Source of the DNA: Sphyrna mokarran
Taxonomy: Eukaryota
DNA length: 64,000 nt
Reading direction: 5' to 3'
NCBI GenBank assembly: GCA_024679065.1
Contig: JAGIQG010000014.1
Location: 39,060,001-39,124,000, forward strand
Shown here one piece after another: positions 38,745 to 52,292 of the stretch. Numbering within the stretch: the stretch's first letter is position 1; every line of letters begins with the position of its first letter. The translations under genes were made by a program, and so were the position numbers. The notes under the pieces are model-generated. The model was not told the origin of the DNA, made no database searches, and saw nothing but the letters and a program-made list of their open reading frames with translations.

Positions 38745-39050
38745 TCATAAAATCGTAACTATCCTACAGTACAGAAGGAGGTCATTTAGTCCATCAAATC
38801 TATATCGATCACAATCCTATCCAAGTTCTGGTAACCTGCACATTTATCCTGCTAATCTCCTGACACTAGCATGGTCAGTCAACCTAACTCACATACCTTT
38901 GGACTTGGGAGGAAACCGGAATACACGGAGGAAACCAATACAGACACAGGGAGAAAGTGCAACCTCCACAAACAGTGACCTGAGGCTCACCTCAAAACCT
39001 GGCTCACTGGCACTGTGAGGCAGTAGTCTAGCAATTGTGTCACTCATGCC
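38745..39050 (-). mobile_element. V-SINE, tail A (extra tail fragment at ~38597-38660)
   Basis: CCTACAGTACAGAAGGAGG..GGAGGAAACCGGAATAC..GGCACTGTGAGGCAG. Confidence 0.8.
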
Positions 39051-39534
39051 ACTTTACTGCCCATCATTGTTAACATTACTCATATGGTTTATTTTAATTC
39101 TTTCATCTGGTGTAAGCATTGCTGGCAAGGCCAGCGTGTGATGCCCACCTGAAGTTGAACCACAAGAGACTTGGAAGAGGTGAGATTTCTGATGAGGCAG
39201 GAAATGCTGGGTTTTTGATCAAAATCCTATCTGCAGGCATTTCGCATTGGGGTCTGGGTGGGTCGAAATTTTGTCCCACCTCAAAAATGGCCTTTGATGT
39301 GACAGAACTATTGGTCACCTAAAGGTACAAGTTCAAATTTCTGATCAGAACACCAACATTAACTTGGCCAGCTGGTTAAAATTGAGGAGGTGGACTAAAG
39401 AGCATATCAGCTGTGCACAATAACCATTCTTTCAAGTTGTCCTTTAAAAAGATGACCCTGCCAGTGACTCTGGGTATTGTAGTGAGATCAAAAGCATGCA
39501 TGACGATGACTGACCAGGCATGTCCCAGTAACTG

Positions 39535-39835
39535 CAGCAACTGACAAAACCTCCTTTAACAGCACATGACATCAAACACTTAAAAAGATAAAGGCAGTAG
39601 GCACATGGGAACATCACCACTTGCACATTTCCCCCTCCAAATCACACTCAGTTCTGACTTGGAACGAAATCATTGGGTTTTCACTGTCAGTGAGTCAAAA
39701 CCTGGACTTACTTCCCAACAAAACAGTGGGTGTTCCTACATCACATGGACTGCAGCAATTTGAGAAAAGCAATTAAGAATGAGCATCAGATGCTGGCCTT
39801 GCCAGCAATGCTCGCATCTCATGAAAGATTTAAAA
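39535..39835 (+). mobile_element. CR1-like (Zenon-type) LINE 3' end
   Basis: CATGGGAACATCACCACTTGCA..CATGGACTGCAGC..ATGCTGGCCTTGCCAGC. Confidence 0.65.
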
Positions 39836-39867
39836 GAAACCATGTGAGTAATGTTGACAATGATGGA

Positions 39868-40158
39868 TGGCACAGTGGCATGGAGGCACAGTGGTTAACA
39901 CTGCTGCCTCACAGGATCGGGAACCCGGGTTTGATTTCTGGCTTGGGTCACAGAGCCTGCTTGTTCTCCCTATGTTTGCTTGGGTTTCTTCCACATGCTC
40001 TGGATTCCTCCCACAGTTTGAAAGACGGGCTGTTTAGATGCATTGGCCATGCTGACTTCTCCCAAACAGACACCAGAGTGTGGCGTCTGAAGAATTTTTA
40101 TAGTAACTACAATGCAGCATTAATCTAAGCCTACTTGTGACACTAATAAATAAACATT
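39868..40158 (+). mobile_element. V-SINE, tail B
   Basis: GGCACAGTGGTTAACACTGCTGCCTCACAG..GCCTACTTGTGACACTAATAAATAAAC. Confidence 0.85.
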
Positions 40159-41231
40159 ACATTTAAAATGATTATCGGCTTGAAAGTCTGACAAATAAGG
40201 TAATTGTGACAAATTCCTCTTCCATTTCAGAAATGGCTCCTGCTTGTCATTGCAAACATCAAGCACAACCTATTATCTCTGAAGAAGCTGAAACATTAAA
40301 AATTCTGATTAAATATTTTATGATATGTTGCAAATCTGTTTTGTGTTCTCTATTCCATTCACAAAAATATCATCTGAACACAATGCTTGGAATCGATCAA
40401 TATAACTTAGGAGTCAAATTCCAAAAGAAAGCTCAACTTAACATAAAAGGGCAAAGTGTATGCTCAAGATATGGATTCTACAGTGTATTGCTTTGTGGAT
40501 TGTGAAGTTTAATGAAGAACAATCAATTCAGTGTCCCTTCTACTCATGGGAGTTCCAATTTTGCTCCAAGGCCCATAATAAAGGACACCTTCAAAAGAGA
40601 GGAAGTAAAGTGTTGCCAAAATTAGGCTTTAAAAGTTTGAAGTTATGAATTTGCAGTTTTCCTTCTGTTCCAAAAAAAACCCCAGAAGATAGTTTTGGTG
40701 CGATTTACTTATTGACTATAACTGATATTTACTCGTGCTTTTACTGTGGAAAATATTCCAAGGCACTCTACAGTCAGAAAGAGGGCATAAAAATAAATCA
40801 TATTAACAGATTTCTTAAGAAAAACTTTATTTTATTAGAACTGATAATTACATTTTTGAGATTTAGCACACATTATACATTACAGACATGTAGGCACATA
40901 GCATAACTTCCAAAAAATATGTTTTGTAGTATATGGCAATTTATAAGATCACACAAATTGATATCAACATCAAATTTTATATTAGCAGTGAATAGAATTT
41001 AGAATATATTTTATAGAACTCTTGAATAATGTAAACAACAAAGTATCCAGAGCAAAGACCTTTAGACTATTACTTCCTTACTGGATCACTGAAGACACCT
41101 TTTTTTTAATCAACATCAGTATTATGAAGCTAGTGTTTGATCTAGCTAACTTGCTATTAACTTTCTTTAGTCTCACGTGAAATTTTATCAAAATCTTTAA
41201 GATTCACCATGCTATCAATTCCGCTACATCT

Positions 41232-41870
41232 AGAGGGATCTGGGTGTCCTAGTGTGTAAATCACAAATGATTTGTGTACAGGTACAGAAAGTAATTCGGC
41301 AAGTGAATAGAATGTTACTGCTTATTGTGAGGGCAATTCAATACAAAAATAAGAAAGCTATGCTTCAGTTATATCGGGCATTGGTGTGACCACTTGTGAA
41401 GTACTGTGTACAGTACTGACCTCCTTATTTAAGGAAGGATGTAATTGCATTAGAGGCAGCTCAGAGAAAGTTTACATCTGAAGGCAAGTTGGATTGGTTA
41501 GACTTGTATCTGCTGGAGTTCAGAAATGTTAGAGGTGACTTGATTGAAATAAATCAGATACTGAGGGGAGGGGATGTTCCTTGTCGGAGAATTGAGAACT
41601 AGGGGTCATTGTTCAAAAATAAGTGTTCATCATTTATGAGCTGGTCATAAGTCTTTGAAGCTCTCTTCCACAAAAGTGGTGAAAGCAGAGTCTTTTAAAG
41701 CAGAGATAGATAGATTCTTGATAAGCAAGGGGGACAAAGATTATCAGGGGTAGATGGAGATGAGGCGTTGAGGTTCAATCAAATCAGCCATGATCATATG
41801 AATGGTGAAACAGGCTTGAGGGGCTGAGTGGCCTACTCCTATTCCCAATTTCATAAATTTGTATGTTCAT
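41232..41870 (+). mobile_element. CR1 3' fragment
   Basis: RDLGVLV..AMLQLYRALV..KYCVQY..LRKDVIALEAAQRKFT; tail GGCTTGAGGGGCTGAGTGGCCTACTCCT. Confidence 0.8.
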
Positions 41871-42788
41871 ATTTACAAGGAACTGCAGCTGATATTTTGA
41901 AAGATCAAGTTTTTACTAATGTTCAAAGTTTGGTACAGCGTCTCGCATTCCAGTAATATATAAAAAGAATTCAATCATCAAGGTCACTGGGCATTTTTTA
42001 TGTTTGTGACTATTTTGCTAAATTAGTAGGGCTGGACAAAAGCAAGTTGATGTCTTATACACGCCAAATGCCTGATCTGCACATATAATGCACAAACTTC
42101 TATATCAGACACAGCAGCTGTAAAATGTACCCTTCTGGAGTTTTGTATCTCCATACTGTTTCCTCAAGACTGATTTCAGACTGAATGATTACATGAATTT
42201 GCTTATATTCTAGGTAAGATGATGATGACATTTGCTATCGTGCAGCCTGAGATGACAGGGTAATTTTGAAACAATATATTTTCGGCAATTTCCATAAAAA
42301 AATCTTAGTCAACAGCAATCAAGAATTCTTAGGATATGCTGAGGAAGAAAAATAATTATCTTTTACTGATTCTTTTTGACCCCCAATTTCCTCTAATGTT
42401 TTCACTATTTAATCAACAAGCATGAGAACATAATAAATTACTTTATAATAGCTATTCAACCTATGCAGCCTGCTCTTGCCTAGAGACAAGTACACTGTTG
42501 TGGGGTCCACATTACATATTTAAATACCTAAAGGAGATGAATAACCACAAGGAAAACTTTCAAGAAGGCTAAGGACTGTGAATCTTCTCCCTGAACACCA
42601 GAGCTAATTGGCTAAATTAAAAAAAACCCTGTATTCTTCGGTCGTGATTGGATGCGTTGGACAGATGACATTTTCATTGTCCCTGAAAGACATAATCCAG
42701 TTTTCTGTGTATGATTACCATTACAATCTTAACATCTATTCATAAATATGTTTATTCTTGCTTCTCTTTAAGAGTGTTAATTAATTCC

Positions 42789-43660
42789 TGTTATAATTCA
42801 GGTCAAAAACTCCAAAAGTGTTTTATGAAGCCCATCTGGATGATAAGTTTTGCACTTTGAATTTGGCTAGGATAAGCATGATATGTTTCAATTCAGGTAT
42901 GCTTCAAATGGCCCATTAGGGAGCTTTTATCAGACAAAGTTTATTTAAGAATATAGTTAATATGTACAGTAAGAAAATTAGCAATAACTTTTATCAATTA
43001 CACACAAAAACAAAACAGCCAAGGTAATGTATATCCCTTACCAAATTTATCTACAAAATTCCAATCAAATAAAACCTTTAAATTGACAAGAAAAAACCCT
43101 TGCATAGGTTTAACACGGCAAATACTAATGCTCTTGTGATACTGGAATTGAATTCTTTAGTTGGAGAATTAAAAATCCTGACTTCTCAGCTTTGAAACTT
43201 CTAGCAGCCCCCTGGACACAGTCAGAACAGTTTGAAGTCAGAACAGTTTCCCAGAACACCAGGGAGAGACTCTGGTCAAGTACCAACAGCAGATGTTTTA
43301 CTGCAGGAAGGCAAAAAGTCTTGTTTTTAGCAAACCAACAGAATTTCCAAAACCAAAGAAAGAAAGAAACATTTATTTTCAGCTTGATGTCCTTTATAAA
43401 ATTAAACACTGTATCCAACCAAAAGAGAAGCTGAAATGTTAAATTCACTGGGAAGAAAAATTTGTCCAAAACCCGTGACCTTCTTCCTAATAATGCAGAG
43501 TCATAAAAGATCCCAGATTAGAAATAGCAACCCCATTTAAACCACTGAAGGAGCAATAAAAAGACTTCTAGTAGCCCCCAGCAGCAATGAAACCAAAACA
43601 GCTTATAATTGCAGGGAACATGATTTTTAAAAAATTCTTAAAGGTACCACTAACATCACA
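42789..43660. mobile_element. Solo LTR (Gypsy-like)
   Basis: TGTTAT...ATCACA termini; same architecture as 16975-17734; TSD not clean. Confidence 0.55.
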
Positions 43661-44059
43661 ATCTATTTAATGGTTGCTTATACCCTACATCTATAATGAT
43701 GACAAACAAGCCTACTCACCAACATTGTTTTAAGCCTTCCTTCTTTTATTTTATTATTATTTTGTTTTGGGGTTCTGCGAACAGATTACATGAATGGGTA
43801 TTATTCAGGACTCAGCTTACGTTTATATAGCACCTTTCACATAAAGAAATTCTAGTGCTTTACAAAGGGTAGAGGTTTGCACAGAGCAACCAAACCTGTC
43901 AATCAAAGTGGCCTTTTTAAAAGATTACCTGCAATCTACTTTTTCAAGTTGAAGAGCAAGGCATTTAAAAAACCTCTGATCATGATAGTTATTCAGATCT
44001 TATCTGCCCTTTAAAAGTATTTATTTTTCTGTTCCATAAATTGGTGATCCCCACACTGT

Positions 44060-44153
44060 GGCTGGGATTTTACTGGCATGCCCACCCCGATTCTCTGTCA
44101 GCCTCGGGCAGGATTGTCCAAACCTTGGCGGACATTTCGGTAAAATTCTCCCC
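44060..44153. mobile_element. Harbinger-type MITE
   Basis: TIRs GGCTGGGATTTTAC / GTAAAATTCTCCCC. Confidence 0.6.
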
Positions 44154-44158
44154 ATTGT

Positions 44159-45428
44159 GGGTTTGATTTTACCATTGTGTCATGCCCATTTTCGAGCGTG
44201 GAAACATGGTAAAGTTGGGTGTGAGGCCGTTAACACGATCTGTGTCTATGTCTGAATGGCTGTGATCCGATTTGTGCCTGAAATGGGTGCAACAGCGATT
44301 TAAATGCATTTGCATGCATTTAAATTGAATTAATGAACTGCTGTTCCCGATTTCATCAGCATTTCCCTCTTTACCACCGTGTTTGCCAATCCAGAATCAG
44401 GCCATTTCAGAAAAGTCTGTTTCGGGCACTCTAGCTGCTGAAGAGCTAAGTTTGGTGCTTCCAACAGCTCTCTGACTCAGATCGGTGGTGAGGGTGAGGA
44501 GGAGGGAGATGAACCAGATCATTCTCTGGTTGGGAGGCGCGAAGGGAGGTCCAACCATTGTCTGCTTAAGGGATGGGGAGAGGAGGGCAGATCGCTGTCT
44601 AGTTGGGGTTGGTGGAGGAGGGCGGGGGCATGGTGGAAGAGGGCAGATCGTTATCTGAAGGGTGGAGGGAGAAGGCAGACTGTTGTCTGGTTGGGGGGAA
44701 GGAGGAAATATTGTTGTTTGGGGAGGGTGGAGGAGAGCAGATCATTGGTTGGGGGGGTGGAGGAGGGCAGATCATTGCCTTGGGGGGAGGTGGTGGGAGT
44801 GAGGCCAGATCGGTTTCTGGTTTGGGAAGGAGAAAGGAGGGAGGCGGGTAAGATGTATCTCTGGAGGAAGGGGAAGCCCATTCATTGACTGGGGGCGGGG
44901 AGTGGGGGGGTGGTGGTAGGAGGCCAGTTGGATCTCTGGTGGTGGGGACGGGGGAGGCCTGACTGTTCACTGATGGAAGGGGGGAGGCCAGATGATCCCT
45001 GGTAGGGGTGATGGGGGGGGGAGGGTTAGAGGGGGGTCCGCTACCATTCTGCAAGCGATTGGTGGGGGGGAAGGCGGCAGGGGATCATGATTGGTCTGGG
45101 TGGTTGGGGGGGGCGGTGGATAAGGGGGACAGTGATGTCAGTGGGAGCCATCGCTCCTGCTTTTTGCTCCCAGGCCACTTTCCCCACTTTCTGCAGCTCG
45201 GGAGCGATCTGACACGGGCATGCTTTTTAAAATTCTTTTTTAACTGTGCATGCACAGTTCAGAGCTCCGATTGTTTCAGGCACGCTAAGCCCTGCCGCAA
45301 CACAATTCAGACCTGCGACTTTATTCTTCAGGCTGAGTGCTAATGGGAATACCTGAAAGCAGATTTCCAAGGCAGATTTGAATTGTGCCCAGATTCAGCA
45401 CTTCAAATAAAAATGATAAAATCGGGCC
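44159..45428. mobile_element. Non-autonomous Harbinger-type element carrying a G-rich minisatellite
   Basis: TIRs GGGTTTGATTTTACCATT / AATGATAAAATCGGGCC. Confidence 0.65.
44490..45125 (+). repeat. Degenerate G-rich minisatellite, ~30-35-bp unit GGAGGAGGGCAGATC..TGGTTGGGGGG
   Basis: GGGCAGATC / GCCAGATC recurs about every 30-40 bp with flanking G-runs. Confidence 0.8.
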
Positions 45429-45964
45429 TTGTGTGTCAGATCTTGCAAAAGTCAAAATCTGGTCTGTTTGAACTGTAAACTGAGGTCAAATGGGCCTGTT
45501 GAATTTGGGTTTCCTGCCTGTATGTGAATTACATCCCACCTCCTTTTCTCTATGTGCAAAAATTGGATTTGTTGGAGATGAGGGGTAGGGGTTCCAACCA
45601 CTATTTTCAATGGCTCATGGATTTTTTCTGACTCCACAACAATCCAACTCTAATAATCAAAACATGGTGAGGAAGTAGCAGCAACTTGGAGTCATGAGAA
45701 TTACAAATTAAATACTAACAGAACTGCAATTGTTTGATGTGTTTACTGCAATAGCTCTTGCATGCAATAACATTAAAATACATTCCATAAAAATCATCCA
45801 AAAATTGCAATACTTTCATTTTGCTCCCAAAGAAAGGACTTCAAAGATCTGTAAAACTTGTGTCTTTCAGTACGTTTAATTTGTTCTATAAAAGTCAAAC
45901 AAAAGTTCTTAAGCACTGTGATTACAGATTCTTATATTACGTGAAGCTCGGCAAGTTAGTTTTA

Positions 45965-46250
45965 AAGGTTATTAGTTTCACAAGTTTCATACTGCAATGA
46001 AGTTACAGTGAAAATCCCCTAATCACCACACTCTGGTGCCTGTTTGGATACACTGATGGAAAAATTAACATGGCTAATCCATCTAACCAGCATGTCTTTT
46101 GGACTGTGGGAGGAAACTGGAGCACCCAGAGGAAACCTATGCAACTACGGGATGAATGTGCAGACTCTGCACAGGCAGTGACCCAAGCTGAGAACTGAAC
46201 CCAGGTCCCTGGCCCTGTGAGGCAGCAGCAATAAGCACGGTGCCACCATG
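45965..46250 (-). mobile_element. V-SINE, tail B
   Basis: ACTGCAATGAAGTTACAGTGAAAATCCCCT..GGACTGTGGGAGGAAAC..GTGAGGCAGC. Confidence 0.85.
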
Positions 46251-46461
46251 CATTGGATCATATCAAAGAAGAAAATCAAAGCATATATTTATTTTTAACC
46301 TTTTACTTAATGTTTGTGACCAGAGTGCTTTCATTATTTTCACCTCCTAATGCTGCAATGGTGCCTCAAATTTAATTCCAAATGTAATGATCCGAATAAT
46401 AATGCATTTTGTATATTGCTATATTTATGAAATCTATTTAATGCTATCGATTATTGTCAGA

Positions 46462-46620
46462 AGGGAGATCTTGTGGTATAGTGGGTAATGTCCCTATCTC
46501 TGAGTCAGAGGTTCTGCGTTCAAGTCTCACTACAGGACTGAATGGCAATGGATATAATATGCAATCATAATATAGCCAAGCAAGTTGATTATCAATCTAC
46601 AAATCCTTCCAATATGTGCC
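46462..46620 (+). mobile_element. Different tRNA-derived SINE head
   Basis: A-box TGGTATAGTGG, B-box-like GTTCAAGTCTCAC. Confidence 0.5.
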
Positions 46621-48214
46621 GATAGCAAACTGTAAGTGTGGGAGAGATGGATTGAAAAAGATGGAAAGTTGGAGTCTTTACCATCACTATCCAAAGCTCC
46701 AGTTTACAACACACAAATAAAAGTGCATGCTGCCACAGCAACTCAGACTCCCTAAGTAATCTATAGCACACCACCACTATTTTTAGGGAAACAATTTTCT
46801 CATCATGATGGTGGACAGCGAGGCAAATGGCAATCAGCGACAATAATAAATGAGTGCCATTGTTTTCTTTTTTACAAAGAGTATGATCCAATATCCAAAG
46901 CTGATTGGGCAACAAAGGGTGAGATTTCCCTCCCAAAAAACTGTCATAACAGCAAGAAAACTGGAGTGATTCATGAATCACTTGCCAGGTGTGCTCTAAA
47001 CTGCAAAGATCCTACACTTAAGTCATTTTTTGGGAGAATGGTGAGTTGCACTTGTACTGGAAGGGGTAAGGTCTAAACAAGCTGATGAGTGCAGCTGCAG
47101 GAACCTTGGGTGCAGTTTCACACCCAAATTTAACTGTGTCACCTTTCAGCTGCCTATGTTCTAAGCTCCCTAAACTTCTCTGCTTCTTTACCTACATTAA
47201 GACACTCCTTAAAACCTACTTCTCACCTTTCCGAAAATTACTTTATATGCTCACTGTCAAATTTTATCTGAAAATACTCTGTAATATATTTTGTTTCAAT
47301 ATGTTTTAGTACATTAAAGACACAATATGAATACAAGTTCTTATCGTTCTTGTTGAGTAGATAGTGTTAAAAGAGACCTTCTTATTTTAGATTATTTATG
47401 CAACAACCATATCAATAAGAAACATTGTAACTCTTCCAAAACCATGTCCCTGTGCAAGTTAAATTTATATATCAACCAAAAGCAACAGTGCAATGTTGAA
47501 ATAATTTTATAGATACAGAATAAATGGTAAATACTTAAAAGTTTAAAACTTTTGGCACAATTCAGGTAAGTTTAAAAGGGACTATATAATGTGCTAATAT
47601 TAATTCCAGATATACCAAAAGAAACAGCAGCTGCAAATTGAAAGTTACAAAATATAAAATGAGTTATGAGGTTACTAAAATTTTTATATCAGGAAGAGCT
47701 TTGAAGAGCCTTTTCATTGAGATTCACTCTTGAATTTTTGCAAAGACTGTGACATTTTCTTTCTCAAACTAACTACAAGTTTGTCAAGCTTCAACCAATT
47801 TTGATAATTGCATGGTTTTAGACATGGAACCAATTTTTCTAAGAAATTAAGTGTTTAATTGAATGGATCTTGATGTACACTGATGCAATTTTCTGAAAAT
47901 TAATAATGTTCAAAATGAAGAACATACAGAGCACTATTGTTTATGTGGTCATTATCAATTTTGTTTTGTTGCTCTGCGTTCATTGTAGACTGTATTGGAG
48001 GCTATTTTAATAATGATACAATATTAAATGGTTAAAATGTATCACAATGATGTCAAACTAGAAGGAAAATTCAAATCAAATGACACTTTTCACTTTAATT
48101 CCTAAGTTATTCCATCATCATTAATTTAAACAGATTTAAATCTGGTAATAAAAAGGCAAAATACTGCGGAAGCTGGAATTTGAAACAGAAATAGAAAATA
48201 CTGGAGAAACTCAG

Positions 48215-49200
48215 CAAGTTTTTAGCTTTTTTTCATTCTTAATTCTATCTATGTTAATATTACTTCTATTAATAACTTCAGCATCTGATGCTAAGAGTTG
48301 AGCATTATCTTCAAGAGTGAAGACTAATACAAAGTACTCATTTAATATTTCCACTGTGCCCAGAGAGTTCTTCACACCCTCTCCTTGTACATTTTCAATG
48401 GAACAATATAGTCCAGAAAAGTTCTCTGACTCTTCATAGTTATTGAAAAAATCTTTTCCCATTACCACCATAATTACCTGTGATCTTATTTTCCCCTGTC
48501 ATTTTATCTCATCGAATAGCAATCTCTGTTTTCTGTTGACTACCATTTACTGAACTCTGCTTAGCTAAGCATTCAATGTTTTTGATTTTTGTTTACATTT
48601 TACTTGTCTTTATGCCTAACCAGCCAGCAATGTTCTCCCTAAAGAGGCCAAGCACTATTTGGCTCCTTTAAATTACCATGTGTTCGTGATGCAATAAAAT
48701 GAGAAGGGCTGGTGAACTTAAATGAACAGGTCACGCTTATAAATAAACATTAGAGGGAACATTGCCAGTTTGCCACTTTGAGTTTTTGTTGATCACATTT
48801 TTCTTTTGACTGTGGATAGATTCTTGTCTTCCGTTTGTGTTTATCATTCTCTTAAGAACTTCCTATTTGCATTCTGTATTATTCTCATTTGAGTTTGCCA
48901 ATTCACCATTCCAAATTGCTAGTTTAGTGATGTTTGCCTTTCTGAAATCTATTACAAAGTTCCCTGCTGTTTTTTGGGGTGCATCTAGTTGCTGGGTATC
49001 TGTTCTTTGCCCTTGGCATCCTTTGTGTGTTAAAATGTCCAGAGATGTGGTTAACCTCTTGACACTGGCCTATATAGGTACGTGAGCATCTACTTCCTGT
49101 GAAGTACAATGTCACAATAAGTCTTATTCCTTTGCAACTTAGGGCAGTGGTACACACCCAGACTCTGTGTTAGTTGGATCCAATTTTAACTCATTCAAAA
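48215..49200 (-). mobile_element. Decayed CR1 endonuclease-to-RT linker
   Basis: Minus peptide VEILNEYFVLVFTLED (cf. CR1 AEILNEYFASVFT.ED). Confidence 0.6.
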
Positions 49201-50555
49201 GCTATTCACTTACACAGAATTAGAATTGGGTCTATTGTAGCAACTTAAAAAATGTTCAAAGTCAAATAATGAAAAATCAGAATTTTCATCAAAACCTAAA
49301 ACCTTACTGAGTTCTGTAAAATTTGTTAGTTTGAGCCAGAGTTTATTGCAGAACTATGGTAAGGTTAGCAGTCTTCAGCATTATTTATACACAAATCAAA
49401 CAGCAATTTCCAAAGACAAACATCGCAAGTTGCTGTCAAGAGATACACGGCACCTACATTAAGGTACAAAGTTCCTGTACAGACATTGTAGACACAGAGT
49501 AAACTTGCTGCAAATGATGTCTACTGTTTTTTCCAACATATGTATCCTTTTAACAGTATGGTAAATCTTAACTACCATCTTGCCCAAGACTGAAAATTGA
49601 CTTTTTTAGTTCCATTCTTTCAATTTTCAATTACCGTTGGAGATATAAAAACATTTGTTATTTTATTTTTCTTTCTGTCTCTTTATCTTTCTTTCTCAAT
49701 TCAGTCCATCTCTTCATTTTATTTTCTTTGCCTAATTCAACATTTCACTATTCTAATTGGCACTATGGGAACTGCCTGAGGTTCGTACGATCCTGCCCAA
49801 TGCCAATGGAGAATGCTGTTTTCTGAGTCTGACCCACCCCCTAAATCGGGGTGGCTGTACCGGTAAAATTCAGCTCCATTATGGAGTGCAATTTACACTG
49901 CCAGTGGGTTCAATGGCAGGTATGGGGGAAAATATGGCAGGAAGCCCAAAATTCAGTTTCACACTGGTATAAATTTATAGTTGGATCTTCTGCTTGAGCC
50001 TGCAGATGATGGCTAGTACCCTCCATGCCAGATTCTCTGCGATTCCACAATGCAAGAAGGAGAACACAACAATGTGAAACATGTTCAGAACAATGTGATT
50101 TATAGGTGTCGAGGTTCACTTGAACAATGCTTTGGGCTGCAGGGGAATTCAGAATGGAAGCCGGTTGCAATTCTGGTCCCCAGAACACCGCAGCAGTATG
50201 AAGGGGAGCATCTGCAGGTGGACCAGGAAAGTATCCAGGAAAGGGGGGGGGTCCATTTTCCAACCTCAGACTGTTCCTGGGGACTTACCTCCACTCTCAC
50301 GAAGTCCATCTTCCAGTCTTAGAGTGCTCCTGAATATCCATCTTCATTTTTAGCTGATCCACCTTTTTTCTTCAATAGTGGGTCAATGACATTAGACACC
50401 TTCTCAGTATGGCATCCAGACAAGATGGGGGATCTATGCACCATTCAGGCCTTCCCTGCCACTGAATATGGTGCAAAATCCCTGTCTGTATAATTAAGAG
50501 ATCAGGAAGATTTGATGTGTTTTCCCTCCAATATTTGCAACAGGAAAACACATCA

Positions 50556-50850
50556 GTGGTGGCACGGTGGTTAGCATTGCTGCCTCACAGCTCCAATGAC
50601 CCAAATTTTATTCCTGGCTTGGCTCACTGTCTGCGTGGAGTTTGCACATTCTCCCCGTGTTTGTGTGGGGCTCCCCCAAGTGCTTTAGTTTCCTCCACAA
50701 AGATGTGTGGATTAAGTTGATTGGCCATGCTAAATTGTCCGTAGTATCCCAGGATGTGTGGAGTTGTGGGGATAGGGCCTGTGATGGGATTGAGTGCAGA
50801 CTCAATGGGCCAAATGGCCTTCTTCTGCACCGAAGAGTTTCTACAATTTC
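50556..50850 (+). mobile_element. V-SINE, tail A
   Basis: GTGGCACGGTGGTTAGC..TGGGCCAAATGGCCTTCTTCTGCAC. Confidence 0.85.
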
Positions 50851-51061
50851 TTTGATTTTGTTTCTAAGTACTCCACATGTCTACCTAAGCAATGTGGTTT
50901 AGTGGTTTAGTCTCAACATAGAAGAACTGCAACCCATATGTCCAGAATCTGCACTGTGCATTGATAATTCTTCAGTCTGATTAGGTGGGGTCGGGGGAGG
51001 GGGGTGGTGGGCAGGGTACACAGAAGAGTACCTTACTCAAACAGATCCAGATATTCTTTTA

Positions 51062-51341
51062 TGCTGCCTCACACTGCCATGAACCTGGGTTCAATTCCTC
51101 GCATGGGTCACTGTCTGTACGGAGTTTGCATTCTCTCCCATGTCTGCGTGGGTTTCCTCCAGGCACTCTGGTTTTCTCCTACAGTCCGAAAGATGTCCTA
51201 GCTACGTGCATTGGCCATGCTAAATTCTCCCTCCACGTACCCGAACAAGCACCGGCGTGTGGCGACTAGGGGATTTTTCACAGTGACTTCATTGCAGTGT
51301 TAATGTAAGCCTACTTGTGACAAATAAACTTAAACTTAAAC
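51062..51341 (+). mobile_element. V-SINE, tail B ending in TAAACT repeats
   Basis: GTACCCGAACAAGCACCGGCGTGTGGCGACTAGGGGATTTTTCACAG..TACTTGTGACAAATAAACTTAAACTTAAAC. Confidence 0.9.
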
Positions 51342-52167
51342 TGTTTGGATGATTGTAACCTGCTAGGGAAAAGAAGAACAGCCTTTTCCTGTTAAAGTTT
51401 ATGGGCAACAGTGAACAACAGTTTCCTGTTCATCGCAAAATCTAACTCAAGATTGTGCATTTATTAGGTGTGATTTCACAGCATCAGCTCTGACATACAA
51501 AATGCAGAATAATGAGAGATTTTGAGATGGTAGGGCACTGATTTGAAAGAGTTCTCTACAGCAGTAACTTTTACTCCATTTTTATGACCTTTTCTTTGAC
51601 ATACCCTGAGAATGTTTGACATTTGATTCATATACAGGGTTGGGACTTTAGGGAATTTGCAGTTAAATGTTACTTGAAAATGTGAAAACAATATACACGA
51701 TATAGATGCTTTAAAAGTCAACTTTAGACATTTGAAAAAGTCAGTGCTATTATAAACTGTATGCTATGTTTAACCCTCCATGATTTGTCAGGGTAATTGT
51801 ATCAGCTCTGTAGGGCACTACATGAGCCAGCACTGCAGTTACAAAGAGACTGTTTCAAGTATTTCAATAGTACCATCTCTAAGTGGCTGCTATTGTATTT
51901 CCAGATGATTTTAGCAATCACAGTATGTGGTGATTGGGGAGGCTGTATGCCAAACTGACTCACTAATGGTCTGCATATCCCCTCCTCTCACTTCAGATAA
52001 TTAACACACTTTCTGTTGTTATCATTTCCAAATTGTGTGCAGAATAGTTGGCTCTTACTTAGGCAAGAGATTTTGTTCCCTCTCATGCCTTAAAAAAGTT
52101 GCACTGTATATTCAAATCAGTCAGATGTACTGTACATTTTCAGTGGGAGGGCAGTAGTTCATACACA

Positions 52168-52292
52168 GGGCATGGTTTTATTGTCTCACTCGTCCCAAAA
52201 CAGTAAAGTCCTGCCCAAGGTCAACAAAACTTCCATTGTCTGTCCTTCGCCTGCTCCGATTCCCTGATGGTCAAGGCGGCAAAATTCTGGCC
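52168..52292. mobile_element. Harbinger-type MITE
   Basis: TIRs GGGCATGGTTTT / AAAATTCTGGCC; internal sequence is a reverse-complement relative of the ~14295 MITE (CCTGCCCAAGGTCAA). Confidence 0.65.

Noticed and set aside
16975-43660. The two LTRs as ends of one 26-kb provirus
   Set aside because: They are too divergent from each other and no gag/pol lies between them.
44599-45054. Proline-rich 151-aa ORF
   Set aside because: Translation of the C-rich strand of the minisatellite.
44490-45125. CRISPR-like array
   Set aside because: Eukaryotic context, degenerate low-complexity units, no unique spacers and no cas genes.
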